Positions 40,580 through 50,916 of a DNA stretch of 64,000 nt are shown piece after piece. Position 1 is the stretch's first letter. Every line of letters begins with the position of its first letter. The stretch is from an uncultured Actinomycetota bacterium (lineage in GTDB: Bacteria > Actinomycetota > Actinomycetes > JAHEKZ01): contig CAWHIJ010000003.1 in assembly GCA_963829525.1 (NCBI GenBank), positions 544,001-608,000 of the forward strand, in the 5' to 3' direction. A program made the translations under genes and the position numbers. The notes beneath the pieces were generated by a model. The model was not told the DNA's origin and made no database searches. It saw nothing but the letters and a program-made list of their open reading frames with translations.

Positions 40580-41065
40580 TTAGTCCTCGTCGAGTGCGAC
40601 CGGTACCAGCTGCTTCTGGTACGCCCGAAGATCTGGCGGCGACTCTTCGAACGGTTGGACGTGCACGTAGCCGCTGGTCTCGAAAAGCAGGATGGCCTGG
40701 GAAAGGGCGTCGTAGACCTCGATGCGGATGAAGTCGAACCCCGCGACGGCGCCGGCGCCCTCAAGGGCTGAGAGCAGGCGGCGGCCGATGCCGCGGCCGC
40801 GCATCACGGGGTTGACCCAGAGCCGACGGATCTGCCCGATCTTGGACCCGACCTGGCGAAGCGACCCGCAGCCGACCACATTGTCACGGTCATCGAGTGC
40901 AACGACGAAGAAGCTTCGCCCTGAGTCGTCGCGGGCCTCTTGGGCGACATCGATCTCAAGAACATCGGCGCCGACGAGCTCGACCATCTCGTTGAGGAAC
41001 TGGTTGATAGCCGCCTGGCTGCGGGGGTCAGTGGGATCAAGCGCCTCAACGCGGACCGATGTCAT
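40580..41065 (-). CDS. GNAT family N-acetyltransferase
   Basis: IRRLWV...RGRGIGRRLL motif; TAGGGT -10 box 7 nt before the ATG. Confidence 0.85.
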   Translation of the reverse strand: MTSVRVEALDPTDPRSQAAINQFLNEMVELVGADVLEIDVAQEARDDSGRSFFVVALDDRDNVVGCGSLRQVGSKIGQIRRLWVNPVMRGRGIGRRLLSALEGAGAVAGFDFIRIEVYDALSQAILLFETSGYVHVQPFEESPPDLRAYQKQLVPVALDED

Positions 41066-41152
41066 GCGTGAAACCCTATTCCCTAGGCAGGCATCGGACG
41101 TCAAGGGCACGCCAATGACGAAATTGGCAGGTAGCGACGAGAATGAACAGGC

Positions 41153-41644
41153 TCAGATGGGGCAATCGAGCCAGACGCGGTCGCGCAGCTCGATGCCGTC
41201 GATGACGATCGGCCCCGGATAGCCGGTCGCGGCAGTGAACGCATCGCGGTCTACGGTGCGCATCCGAAAGCCCTGACGTTGGTAGAACCGGAGGTTTCCG
41301 ACATCTGCAGCAGCGGTTGCAACGACCATGCGGGTGGCGCCAGCAGCGCGTGCGGCGTCGAGAGCGGCCGCTACCAGCGCCTTGCCGATCCCCCTGCCTC
41401 GTAGCGGCTCGATGACGCCCATGTTCTTGATCTCGGCCTCTGCCGCATCGTGGGGCACGATCAGCTGAAGGTGGCCGACGAGCGCGCCGGCCGTCTCGGC
41501 GACGAGGACGATGCCATCATCGAGGTAGGTGTCGAGGGCAGAAGCTGAGTCCTCGGCCAGCTCGAACAGGTGGCGGAGTGCGCGACGGCTCCCGGAGTAC
41601 GGCCCGATGGCGACGGCATCTCTGGCTTTGTGGCCCTCTGACAC
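41153..41644 (-). CDS. GNAT family N-acetyltransferase
   Basis: IKNMGV..RGRGIG and NLRFYQRQGF motifs. Confidence 0.88.
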   Translation of the reverse strand: MSEGHKARDAVAIGPYSGSRRALRHLFELAEDSASALDTYLDDGIVLVAETAGALVGHLQLIVPHDAAEAEIKNMGVIEPLRGRGIGKALVAAALDAARAAGATRMVVATAAADVGNLRFYQRQGFRMRTVDRDAFTAATGYPGPIVIDGIELRDRVWLDCPI

Positions 41645-41695
41645 GACACCAGTCTGTCAGGCATTTCCCTCTGAGTTGCGCTGCTGATCGGTGGG

Positions 41696-41704
41696 TTATC
41701 CACA
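41696..41704 (+). promoter_or_regulatory. Perfect DnaA box in the AT-rich lsr2 upstream region
   Basis: TTATCCACA. Confidence 0.5.
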
Positions 41705-41820
41705 AGAACCGCAGAAAGTGCAGGTAATGCGGTGTGAAATGATGAATTACGGTTGTCGCGAATACCTTCAAATCCGCGGTTGAGAATGCCGCGGCAAATC
41801 CTTGAAATAGGGAGCCACGA

Positions 41821-42141
41821 ATGGCGCAGAAAGTCCAGGTCGTCCTGATCGACGACATCGACGGTGGCCCAGCTGACGAGACGCTGCGGTTCGCCTTCGA
41901 TGGCACCTCCTATGAGATCGACCTGTCGGCTGCCAACGCGGCTCGCTTCAGAAATGCCGTTGCCGAGTTCGTTGGCCATGCCCGCAAGACGCCTGGTCGG
42001 TCTGGCGCTCGACGTCCGCGCAGTGCCAGTGGTGGAAAGAGCGCGGAAATCCGGGCCTGGGCCAGGGGGCAGGGGCTGGCCGTCAACGAGCGTGGCCGGA
42101 TTCCGGCGGATCTGGCCGCGAAGTTCGAGGCATCCCAGTAG
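41821..42141 (+). CDS. lsr2: Nucleoid-associated protein Lsr2
   Basis: MAQKVQV.LIDD.DG, YEIDL, IRAWAR and the RGR AT-hook-like motif. Confidence 0.96.
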   Translation: MAQKVQVVLIDDIDGGPADETLRFAFDGTSYEIDLSAANAARFRNAVAEFVGHARKTPGRSGARRPRSASGGKSAEIRAWARGQGLAVNERGRIPADLAAKFEASQ

Positions 42142-42166
42142 GGCCTGGCCGCCTCGAGCGACAATC

Positions 42167-42228
42167 GTTCGCTGATGGCGTAGGAACACCCCTTCGCCCT
42201 ACGGAACGCCAGGTCAGCAGCCGACGTT
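42167..42228 (+). promoter_or_regulatory. ClgR-like box and sigmaR/SigH-type promoter of clpC
   Basis: GTTCGC-N5-GCG at 42167-42180; GGAAC-N18-GTT at 42203-42228. Confidence 0.6.
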
Positions 42229-42376
42229 CAAGAGAGAACACTGTTGCGAGTGGGTTCGCCCGCGGTGGAGAACGAGAAGGGTTCGCTCTCCGGGGTTAGC
42301 ATGCGGGCAGGCCTACGCACTGCAGGAGCGGGCACGTCCCGTGCCGTACGCGGACCACCCAGAAGGAGACGCGAAG

Positions 42377-44935
42377 ATGTTCGAGAGGTTCACTGACCGC
42401 GCCCGGCGGGTGGTTGTGCTGGCCCAAGAAGAGGCCCGCATGCTCAACCACAATTACATCGGTACCGAGCACATCCTGCTCGGGCTGATCCACGAAGGTG
42501 AGGGTGTCGCCGCCAAGGCGCTCGAGTCACTGGGCATCTCGCTCGAGGCTGTGCGTCAGCAGGTGGAGGAGATCATTGGCCAGGGCCAGCAGGCTCCTTC
42601 CGGCCACATCCCCTTTACCCCGCGCGCGAAGAAGGTTCTCGAGCTCTCACTTCGTGAGGCGCTGCAGCTTGGCCACAACTACATCGGTACCGAGCACATC
42701 CTTCTCGGGCTGATCCGCGAGGGCGAAGGCGTCGCCGCGCAGGTTCTTGTCAAGCTTGGCGCCGACCTCAACCGCGTCCGCCAGCAGGTCATCCAGCTGC
42801 TCTCCGGCTACCAGGGCAAAGAGCCGGCCACGGCAGGCGGGCCGCAGGGAGAGAACGCTCCCTCGTCGTCGCTCGTGCTCGACCAGTTCGGCCGCAACCT
42901 GACGCAAGCGGCGCGGGAGAGCAAGCTCGATCCTGTCATCGGACGCGAGAAAGAGATCGAGCGCGTAATGCAGGTGCTCTCGCGTCGCACCAAGAACAAC
43001 CCAGTCCTCATCGGTGAGCCGGGCGTTGGCAAGACGGCGGTTGTCGAGGGCCTGGCCCAGGCCATCGTCAAGGGTGAGGTGCCCGACACCCTCGAGAACA
43101 AACAGCTCTACACGCTCGACCTCGGCGCACTCGTAGCCGGAAGCCGCTACCGCGGTGATTTCGAGGAGCGGCTCAAGAAGGTGCTCAAAGAGATCCGTAC
43201 CCGTGGCGACATCATCTTGTTCATCGACGAGATGCACACGCTCGTCGGCGCCGGTGCAGCCGAAGGTGCCATCGACGCGGCAAGCATCCTGAAGCCGATG
43301 CTCGCTCGCGGCGAGCTGCAGACCATCGGCGCCACGACGCTCGACGAGTACCGCAAGTACGTCGAGAAGGACGCCGCGCTGGAGCGCCGCTTCGCCCCCA
43401 TCCAGGTTCAGGCGCCCGACGTCGAGATGACGGTCGAGATCCTTCAGGGGCTGCGTGACCGCTACGCAGCGCATCACCGCGTCAACATCACCGACGAGGC
43501 GATCAGGGCCGCAGCGCGTCTTGCTGACCGCTACATCTCCGACCGGCAGCTTCCTGACAAGGCAATTGACCTGATCGACGAGGCCGGCTCACGTCTGCGG
43601 ATCCGCCGGATGACTGCTCCGCCGGACCTTCGCGAGTATGACGACCGCATCGGTGACGTCCGTCGTGACAAGGAAGCCGCGATTGACGCCCAAGACTTCG
43701 AGAAGGCCGCCTCGCTCCGCGATCAGGAGAAGCAGCTGCTCGGCGAGCGTGCCCAGCGCGAACGTGAATGGCGTAGCGGAGGAATGGACACCCTTCCGGA
43801 CGTCGACGAGAAGCTCATCGCCGAGGTCGTCGGCCTGATGACCGGAATCCCGGTGTCCGACCTGTCTGAGGACGACGCCAAGCGCTTGATGCGCATGGAG
43901 GACGAGTTGCACAAGCGGGTCGTTGGCCAGGAGCAGGCCATCAAGGCGCTGTCCAAGGCGATCCGACGCACCCGCGCCGGGCTCAAAGACCCCAAGCGCC
44001 CTGCTGGTTCCTTCATCTTCGCCGGTCCGTCCGGTGTGGGTAAGACCGAGCTCTCCAAGGCGCTCACCGAGTTCCTCTTCGGTGACGAGGATGCGCTCAT
44101 CGCGCTCGACATGAGTGAGTACAGCGAGAAGCACACCGCTTCTCGGCTCTTCGGTTCGCCTCCGGGGTATGTGGGTTACGAAGAGGGAGGCCAGCTCACT
44201 GAAAAGGTGCGGCGGAAGCCGTTCTCGGTCGTGCTTTTCGACGAGGTCGAGAAGGCTCACCCAGACATCTTCAACTCGTTGCTCCAGGTGCTTGAAGAAG
44301 GACGGCTCACCGACGCCCAGGGTCGGACAGTTGACTTCAAGAACACCGTCATCATCATGACGACCAACCTCGGCAGCCGTGACGTCTCCAAGGGAGTCAA
44401 CCTTGGGTTCGCGGCTGACAACGACCTCACGACGGCCTACGAAGCTATGAAGTCGAAGGTGCAGCAGGAACTGAAGCAGAACTTCCGCCCAGAGTTCCTC
44501 AACCGCATCGACGACATCATCGTCTTCCACCAGCTGAGCGAGGAGGAGATCGTCAGCATCGTCGACCTCATGGCGGCCAAGCTCGAGGATCGCCTCAAGG
44601 ACAAGGACATGGCGATCGAGTTGACCACTCCGGCCAAGCTCCTGCTCGCGAAGAAGGGTTACGACCCTGTCCTGGGAGCACGACCGCTACGGCGCACGAT
44701 GCAGCGAGAGCTCGAGGACCAGCTCTCCGAGCAGATTCTGTTCGGCGAACTGAAGCCGGGATCGATCGTCGTCGTCGACGTCGAGGGTGAGGGTGAGGCA
44801 GCAACGTTCACGTTCAAGAGTGAGCCAAGGGCGACGCTTCCTGATCTTCCGGACCACCCGGACCTACAGGCGATCGAGACGGTGGACTCCGGCGATGTCG
44901 CCGAGTCTGGGCCAGCGGCGTCCGCTGAGGAATAG
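42377..44935 (+). CDS. clpC: ATP-dependent Clp protease ATP-binding subunit ClpC1
   Basis: [21 protein letters not shown] start; two Walker A motifs ([16 protein letters not shown]); UVR coil. Confidence 0.98.
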   Translation: MFERFTDRARRVVVLAQEEARMLNHNYIGTEHILLGLIHEGEGVAAKALESLGISLEAVRQQVEEIIGQGQQAPSGHIPFTPRAKKVLELSLREALQLGHNYIGTEHILLGLIREGEGVAAQVLVKLGADLNRVRQQVIQLLSGYQGKEPATAGGPQGENAPSSSLVLDQFGRNLTQAARESKLDPVIGREKEIERVMQVLSRRTKNNPVLIGEPGVGKTAVVEGLAQAIVKGEVPDTLENKQLYTLDLGALVAGSRYRGDFEERLKKVLKEIRTRGDIILFIDEMHTLVGAGAAEGAIDAASILKPMLARGELQTIGATTLDEYRKYVEKDAALERRFAPIQVQAPDVEMTVEILQGLRDRYAAHHRVNITDEAIRAAARLADRYISDRQLPDKAIDLIDEAGSRLRIRRMTAPPDLREYDDRIGDVRRDKEAAIDAQDFEKAASLRDQEKQLLGERAQREREWRSGGMDTLPDVDEKLIAEVVGLMTGIPVSDLSEDDAKRLMRMEDELHKRVVGQEQAIKALSKAIRRTRAGLKDPKRPAGSFIFAGPSGVGKTELSKALTEFLFGDEDALIALDMSEYSEKHTASRLFGSPPGYVGYEEGGQLTEKVRRKPFSVVLFDEVEKAHPDIFNSLLQVLEEGRLTDAQGRTVDFKNTVIIMTTNLGSRDVSKGVNLGFAADNDLTTAYEAMKSKVQQELKQNFRPEFLNRIDDIIVFHQLSEEEIVSIVDLMAAKLEDRLKDKDMAIELTTPAKLLLAKKGYDPVLGARPLRRTMQRELEDQLSEQILFGELKPGSIVVVDVEGEGEAATFTFKSEPRATLPDLPDHPDLQAIETVDSGDVAESGPAASAEE

Positions 44936-44938
44936 CCG

Positions 44939-45814
44939 CTAATCGGGCAGGCGATACGACGATGGTCGGTCGCTGACTACCAGCTCGTCGGCCAACAGGC
45001 TCGCAAGCGCCCGTTCTCGTTGCTCTGGTTCGGCCCAGACGGCGTCGAGCGTCGCCTTGGGTAATGGGCCATCGGCTTCGCGGAGCGCAGCCAGGAGTCG
45101 ACCTCGGCACTGCCGGTCGGTACCTGCGTAGGACTGTCCGCGTCTCGGTGGCCCGTCCCACTTCGGATAGCCGCTGGCCCGCCAAGCGCAGAGGTCTGCG
45201 ATCGGACAGGCATCGCAGGTCGGCGTCCGAGCGGTGCACACGAGGGCCCCGAGCTCCATGACGGCGATCGAGACTTGTGCCGCCTCTGATGGCTCGGGGG
45301 GCAGCAGGTCGAGTGCGCGCTGACGCTCTTGAGAACCGACGACACTGGACGCGGGGAACTCGACGCCGTCCAGCCACCTGGCATGCACGCGCCGAACATT
45401 GGTGTCGAGCACTGCGTGTCTCTGCCCGAATGCGAACGAGGCCACTGCCGCCGCGGTGTACTCGCCGATACCGGGCAGAGAGCGCAGATCGCCGACAGCA
45501 GAGGGGACCTCGCCGCCGAACGAGTCTCGACACTCGACTGAAGCTGCGTGAAGGCGCAGGGCGCGTCTGGGGTAGCCGAGTCTTCCCCACGCCCTGATGG
45601 CGTCCCCGGCCGTGTCATCAGCCAGAGCGGTCGGTGTCGGCCAGCGCCGCATCCACTCGGTGTACACCGGAAGCACTCTGGCCACCGGGGTCTGCTGCAG
45701 CATCACCTCGCTGACCAGGACCGCCCATGGGGTCGGGTCCGAGCGCCAGGGCAGCGTCCGAGCAGCGACGACAAACCAGCCGGAGATGACATCCACAGCC
45801 TGGGTGCTGGTCAT
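44939..45814 (-). CDS. mutY: A/G-specific adenine glycosylase
   Basis: LPWR, SEVMLQQT, LPGIGEYTA (HhH) and DTNV motifs; C-x6-C-x2-C-x5-C Fe-S loop. Confidence 0.94.
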   Translation of the reverse strand: MTSTQAVDVISGWFVVAARTLPWRSDPTPWAVLVSEVMLQQTPVARVLPVYTEWMRRWPTPTALADDTAGDAIRAWGRLGYPRRALRLHAASVECRDSFGGEVPSAVGDLRSLPGIGEYTAAAVASFAFGQRHAVLDTNVRRVHARWLDGVEFPASSVVGSQERQRALDLLPPEPSEAAQVSIAVMELGALVCTARTPTCDACPIADLCAWRASGYPKWDGPPRRGQSYAGTDRQCRGRLLAALREADGPLPKATLDAVWAEPEQRERALASLLADELVVSDRPSSYRLPD

Positions 45815-45877
45815 TGACGCCATCGTGGCACGGTCAAAGCAACACGCAAGAGGTGGTGTTCTCACTAGGGTGGGACC

Positions 45878-46501
45878 GTGGTTCTTCGACCTGTCGGCGA
45901 CCAGCCGCCCGGCGTCTACTGGATTCGTCGCGGGCTCATGCTCGTGGCTCTTCTCGTCCTCGTCGGTATCGTGTGGTGGGCCTGGCCAAGCGGCGGCGAC
46001 GGGACTGAGCAGACCGCCGAGCCGCCCAGCCCGACCGTGTCCGCCACCCCCAGCGAGACGCCATCGACCAGTCCCAAACCGTCGAAGTCGAAAGTGCCGA
46101 AGGAGGAGCTTCTCCCTCCGTGCGACGACTCCGCCATCGAGGTGACGGTTGCTACCGATGCTGAGACCTACCCTGCTGACCGGCAGCCCTCTTTCACCTT
46201 CACCGTCGAGAACGTGTCTGACAAGGCGTGCAGCCGCGACGTGGGCCAGGCAGCCAACGAGCTGCGGGTCACCTCAGGTGGCACGCAGGTCTGGTCGTCC
46301 GACGACTGCAACCCGGGCGGCGACGCAGACCCGATCAACCTCGATCCCGGTGACCGGTTCTCGCAGACGGTCAGCTGGCCCAAAGTTAAGTCGGCCGCGG
46401 GCTGTCCGACCCCTCAGGAGGCGGCAACGGCTGGCTCTTACCAGGTAGTGGCCCGCAACCTCGAGATCCTCGGCGAGCCAGCTGTGTTCGTGCTGGAGTA
46501 G
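45878..46501 (+). CDS. Conserved membrane-anchored protein with an Ig-like extracellular domain
   Basis: GVYWIRR, a TM helix, a P/S/T linker and WSSDDC; usual neighbour of disA and mutY. Confidence 0.8.
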   Translation: MVLRPVGDQPPGVYWIRRGLMLVALLVLVGIVWWAWPSGGDGTEQTAEPPSPTVSATPSETPSTSPKPSKSKVPKEELLPPCDDSAIEVTVATDAETYPADRQPSFTFTVENVSDKACSRDVGQAANELRVTSGGTQVWSSDDCNPGGDADPINLDPGDRFSQTVSWPKVKSAAGCPTPQEAATAGSYQVVARNLEILGEPAVFVLE

Positions 46502-46594
46502 ACGCGTCGCGGGCCCCTGGCTGCCGCTCAAGGTGAGGCGGCATTCGGACGACACTCCTGACTACGAGACGGTGCCCACTCCGAACAGTGCGCC

Positions 46595-47848
46595 GTGGCA
46601 GGAGGACCGGTGCCGGCGTCGCACGAGACCCATGACCCGGGACCCGTGGGCGCACCCCGTGGCGCTCCGGTCCTGGTGGCGATCGTCGCTGGCACCAAGA
46701 CCCGCATCAAGGTTCTTGAGAAGCTGCTCAACCAGCCCGGCATCATTGTCTGCGGTGGTGCGCAGGAACCAGTGGCGGCCGAAGAACTGATCACTTCCGC
46801 CCGCCCGGCTGCGGTCCTCCTTGACCTCGACCTCTGGTCAGGTGGCCTCGAAGCCATCGAGCGAATCATGGCCAACCGTGCCACACCGATCGTCGTGATC
46901 GGACCAGCAGCTGAGCACCCCGAAGCGGCCATCGCGGCCGGTGCTGTTGACGTTGTCGGAGCGCTGGACGTCGCGCCCGGGTCGGCTGAGTACGCACACA
47001 TGGTGATGCGCCACCTCAAAATCGCTAGCCGGGTCCGCGTGATCACACACCCACGTGGTCGACTGCGCGGACGCGGCGTGCGGGGGCGGGCGTCACAGAC
47101 CCCCGCGCCTCCAGCCGATCGGTTCGAGGAGTCGGCGGAGGCCGGCATGACGGAAACCAGTGGGGCCGCGTCGGTCGATGCCGGGGCAGCGCATTCACCC
47201 GAACGGATCCGTCGGCAGGTGATGCAGCGGCCGCGACCGGTGCCGCGCCGTCAAGGCCCACTTGTCGTTGCGATTGGCGCCTCGACCGGTGGGCCCCCAG
47301 CGCTGGCTACCATTCTCGCCGAGCTGCCGGCCGACTTGCCGGCCGCCGTCCTGGTGATTCAGCACATGGCAGAAGGCTTCGTCGAGGGACTTGCTCGTTG
47401 GCTGGACGGGGTCTGTGCCATTCCGGTTGTCGTCGCCGTCGACGGCGAGCGGCTGCAGCCTGGACAGGTCTACCTTGCGCCAGCCAACCAGAACATGGTC
47501 GTCCGCCCTGGTTTCCGGCTGGGACTCACCGACCCGCCACCCGGCCAGTACCACGTACCGGGCGTCGATGTGACGTTCCGATCGGTGGCTCAGCTCTCCG
47601 GCCAGTACGCCGTAGCAGCCCTGCTGACTGGGATGGGGCGTGACGGTGCTGCCGGTTTGAAGGTGCTCCGTGACATCGGTGCCTTCACGATCGGGCAGGA
47701 CGAGTCGACCAGCGTTGTCTGGGGAATGCCGGCAGCAGCCCAAGAAGTGGACGCCGTGGATCTCGAGCTGCCACTGCCGGCCATCGGGCAGGCGATCGTG
47801 ACTGCCGTTGAGCATGCTGTGAACGAAATCGTGGAGGTGGGGTCATGA
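46595..47848 (+). CDS. cheB: Chemotaxis-type methylesterase with a degenerate receiver domain
   Basis: GASTGGP, IQHM and LTGMGRDG catalytic Ser/His/Asp motifs; N-terminal REC-like region. Confidence 0.9.
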   Translation: MAGGPVPASHETHDPGPVGAPRGAPVLVAIVAGTKTRIKVLEKLLNQPGIIVCGGAQEPVAAEELITSARPAAVLLDLDLWSGGLEAIERIMANRATPIVVIGPAAEHPEAAIAAGAVDVVGALDVAPGSAEYAHMVMRHLKIASRVRVITHPRGRLRGRGVRGRASQTPAPPADRFEESAEAGMTETSGAASVDAGAAHSPERIRRQVMQRPRPVPRRQGPLVVAIGASTGGPPALATILAELPADLPAAVLVIQHMAEGFVEGLARWLDGVCAIPVVVAVDGERLQPGQVYLAPANQNMVVRPGFRLGLTDPPPGQYHVPGVDVTFRSVAQLSGQYAVAALLTGMGRDGAAGLKVLRDIGAFTIGQDESTSVVWGMPAAAQEVDAVDLELPLPAIGQAIVTAVEHAVNEIVEVGS

Positions 47849-49311
47849 CCACCCATGTCCTTACCGATGCTGAGTACGCGGTCGTCACGGAGTCACTGGT
47901 TCGTATGGCGGGGCTGGTCTTCGACGTCAGCCGGCGCGGTGCGATCAGTGCGATGTTGCACGAGCGGATGAACAAGACCGGTCACACGTCCACCGCTTCG
48001 TACCTGGCTCACGTTGAGTCGACGCTCGGCGCCGTCGAGCGTCAGCAGCTCCTTGATGCGGTGACCATCCAGGAGACGCACTTCTTTCGGAACCTTCCGC
48101 AGGTCGACGCGCTTCGGCGGGACGTTCTCCCCGACCTGCTCCGTCGCAACCGCAGCACGGGGCGTCCGCTGACGATCTGGTCTGCCGGGTGCTCGACGGG
48201 CGAAGAGCCCTACACGCTTGCCATGCTGCTCGTGCAGATCTTTGAGGAAACGGGTCCATTCCCGGTTCGGATCATCGGAACCGACGTGTCGGGGGCGGCT
48301 TTGGACGTCGCTCGGGCAGGTGTCTACTCGGGGCGCACGATTCAGCTGGCTGAGCCGGGTGCCGTGGAGCGCTGGTTCGACCCGCGCGCGGACGGCAGCT
48401 ACTCCGTCGCCCAGCCGGTAAGGGATCTCGTGGAGTTCCGTCTGCAGAATCTCGTCACCGATGAACCCCCCTTCGGCACCGGTGAGGTCGATCTCGTGGT
48501 CTGCCGCAACGTGACGATCTACTTCGGCCGCGAGACGACAACTCGGCTGGTCAGGGGCTTTCACCAGCTTCTTGCCATGGGTGGTTACCTGCTCTTGGGA
48601 CACGCCGAGACGCTGTGGCAGATCTCAGAGGACTTCAGCCTGCTGCCCGTCGGCGAAGCCTTCGTCTATCGAAAAGATGCTGTTCCGCAGAACGGACGGC
48701 GTCCGTCGGTCGGACGACCGCCCGCACCGGCGCCTGTTGCCGCAGCTCCACGGCGTGTGATGCGCGATGTCCTTCGCGTTCCGGGTCTGCGCCCAAGACG
48801 GGCAGCGGCACCCACGCCGCCGCCTTCGCTGCCAGCCCCACCCCTTGTCCCCGCCCCGCTGCAGGACCTTCTCAAGGCTCGGGAGGCCCTGAACGCCGGC
48901 AACTACGCCGAGGCGGCCTCGCTGGCCGAGCGTGCCACCGCGGCTCACCCGCTACTCGTCGATGGCTACATCATCGAGGGAAGGGCTTTGAGCAACCAGG
49001 GCGACGACGATGGCGCGATCGCGGCACTGCGCAAGGCGGTCTTCCTTGACCCTACGGCTGCTCACGCGCACTTCCTCCTTGCCACGACCTTGGCGCGCGT
49101 CGGCGATCCGGGTGGGGCGTCTCTATCTTTCGCCTCGGCGGCCGAGACGTTGCCGACAGCATCTTCTGAGACGCTTTCGGAACTGCTTGATGGTCGCGCG
49201 GTCTCAGATTTGGTAGACCTATGTCGTCAGCTGGCCACCTCCTTGCAGTCCGACCCCGAACCATCGGTCGGTGTAGGTGCGGCCACCCGAGACGATGGAC
49301 GGAGACGCTAG
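47845..49311 (+). CDS. cheR: CheR-type methyltransferase with a C-terminal TPR region
   Basis: TIQETHFFR, IWSAGCSTGEEPY and CRNV.IYF motifs; Pro-rich linker then TPR (LRKAVFLDP). Confidence 0.92.
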   Translation: MTTHVLTDAEYAVVTESLVRMAGLVFDVSRRGAISAMLHERMNKTGHTSTASYLAHVESTLGAVERQQLLDAVTIQETHFFRNLPQVDALRRDVLPDLLRRNRSTGRPLTIWSAGCSTGEEPYTLAMLLVQIFEETGPFPVRIIGTDVSGAALDVARAGVYSGRTIQLAEPGAVERWFDPRADGSYSVAQPVRDLVEFRLQNLVTDEPPFGTGEVDLVVCRNVTIYFGRETTTRLVRGFHQLLAMGGYLLLGHAETLWQISEDFSLLPVGEAFVYRKDAVPQNGRRPSVGRPPAPAPVAAAPRRVMRDVLRVPGLRPRRAAAPTPPPSLPAPPLVPAPLQDLLKAREALNAGNYAEAASLAERATAAHPLLVDGYIIEGRALSNQGDDDGAIAALRKAVFLDPTAAHAHFLLATTLARVGDPGGASLSFASAAETLPTASSETLSELLDGRAVSDLVDLCRQLATSLQSDPEPSVGVGAATRDDGRRR

Positions 49312-49733
49312 TGAGCGGCTACATCACGTTCCGCATGAACGGCCGTGACCTGGCGTGCGAGCTCGAGGAAGTGCGGGAGGTCGTTCGCGCTGTTGGGATC
49401 GAGCCCCTACCCGGCACCCGCGCTCCGGTCAGCGGAATGATCGAGCTGCGAAACGACCCACTGCCCGTGATCGATCTTCGCTCCGACGCCTATCCCGGAG
49501 AAGAGGGCGATGTACTCGTGCTGAACCCACTGGACGGAGGTAGCTACGGTGTCGCCGTTGACCGGGTACTCGCAGTCGTCAGTGATGACGAACTCGTGAT
49601 CGAGGAAGGTCAAGCACCCGCCGGGCTGCCGGCCTACGTGACGCGGGTGCTCCGTCGTCCTGAGGACCGAGCGCCAGTGATGCTGGTTGCGCTGCGGGCA
49701 CTTGCAGGGCTGGAGACCTCCGGCACTACCTGA
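49311..49733 (+). CDS. cheW: CheW-like adaptor protein
   Basis: VREV, GMIELRND.LPVIDL and GVAVDRV motifs. Confidence 0.88.
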   Translation: MSGYITFRMNGRDLACELEEVREVVRAVGIEPLPGTRAPVSGMIELRNDPLPVIDLRSDAYPGEEGDVLVLNPLDGGSYGVAVDRVLAVVSDDELVIEEGQAPAGLPAYVTRVLRRPEDRAPVMLVALRALAGLETSGTT

Positions 49734-49748
49734 GCCCGGTGTTTGACC

Positions 49749-50846
49749 TTAGACGTAGCGCTCGAGGATGCTCGACTCGGCCAGACGCGAGAGGCCTTCT
49801 CGGACTGTCCTTGCGCGCGCTTCGCCGACGCCCTCGACCGTTTGTAGGTCATCGATGCTTGCGGCCAGTAGTCGCTGAAGCCCACCGAACTCCGCGACGA
49901 GCCGGTCGACAACTGCAGCGGGGAGCCGCGGCACACGGGCCAACAGACGGTAGCCGCGCGGGCTGATGGTGAGATCGAGGTCGTCCGCTACGCCCGGGTA
50001 CCCGAGGGCCTTGGCCACGAGAGCAAGGTCGAGAAGCTCGACGTCTGTGAGGGAATCGAGATCACCAAGAGCTCTTTCAACCGTGCGTGGGCGGCGTCCG
50101 GAAGGCAAGTAGTCACGAACAACGAGTTCTCGGTCGGTTTCAACGCCCCCGATCAGTTCGACGAGCTGGAGTGAGAGCAGCCGGCCATCTGATCCGAGTT
50201 CGATCACGTATCCGTCGATCTCGCGCGCGATCCGCAGGACCATTTCCAGCCGCTGCGCCACAACGGTGACGTCTCGCACAGAGACGAGGTCTTCGATCTC
50301 AAGGTCGGACAGGGTGCCGGAGACCTCGTCGAGCCGCATCTTGTACCGCTCCAGGGTGGCCAGCGCCTGGTTTGCGCGCGAGAGGATGGCGGCGGAGTCC
50401 TCGAGCACATAGCGCCGCCCGGCGACGTAGAGCGCGATGATGTTCATCGACTGGCTGACCGAGATCACCGGGTAGCCGGTCTGCTTGGCGACTCGCTCAG
50501 CGGTGCGGTGGCGGGTGCCCATCTCGTCGGAGTTGATGCTCGGATCGGGCATCAGATGCACAGCTGCTCGGTGAATTGTGGTGGCGTTGGGGCCAAGGAT
50601 GATGGCGCCGTCCATCTTCGCGAGTTCTCGAAGACGTGTGGCAGAGAACTCAACATCGATGGTGAATCCGCCGCTGCATAAGGCTTCGACATCTTTGTCG
50701 TAGCCGAGCACGAAGAGTCCGCCAGTCCGGCCGCGCAGAATCCGCTCGAGTCCGTCGCGCAGTTGTGTGCCGGGAGCCACCGTTGCGAGCGTGAGGAGCA
50801 GCTTGGCGTCGGCGTCGCCAACTGCCGATTTCTCGCTGGTCGCCAC
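49749..50846 (-). CDS. disA: DNA integrity scanning diadenylate cyclase
   Basis: DGA and GTRHR DAC motifs; C-terminal HhH. Confidence 0.96.
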   Translation of the reverse strand: MATSEKSAVGDADAKLLLTLATVAPGTQLRDGLERILRGRTGGLFVLGYDKDVEALCSGGFTIDVEFSATRLRELAKMDGAIILGPNATTIHRAAVHLMPDPSINSDEMGTRHRTAERVAKQTGYPVISVSQSMNIIALYVAGRRYVLEDSAAILSRANQALATLERYKMRLDEVSGTLSDLEIEDLVSVRDVTVVAQRLEMVLRIAREIDGYVIELGSDGRLLSLQLVELIGGVETDRELVVRDYLPSGRRPRTVERALGDLDSLTDVELLDLALVAKALGYPGVADDLDLTISPRGYRLLARVPRLPAAVVDRLVAEFGGLQRLLAASIDDLQTVEGVGEARARTVREGLSRLAESSILERYV

Positions 50847-50916
50847 GGCACGCCCTCAGAGTCGTTGGGATAACTCGGTCACGGGCTCGCTCGAGGCGGC
50901 CGCAGTGGCGCTGAGT

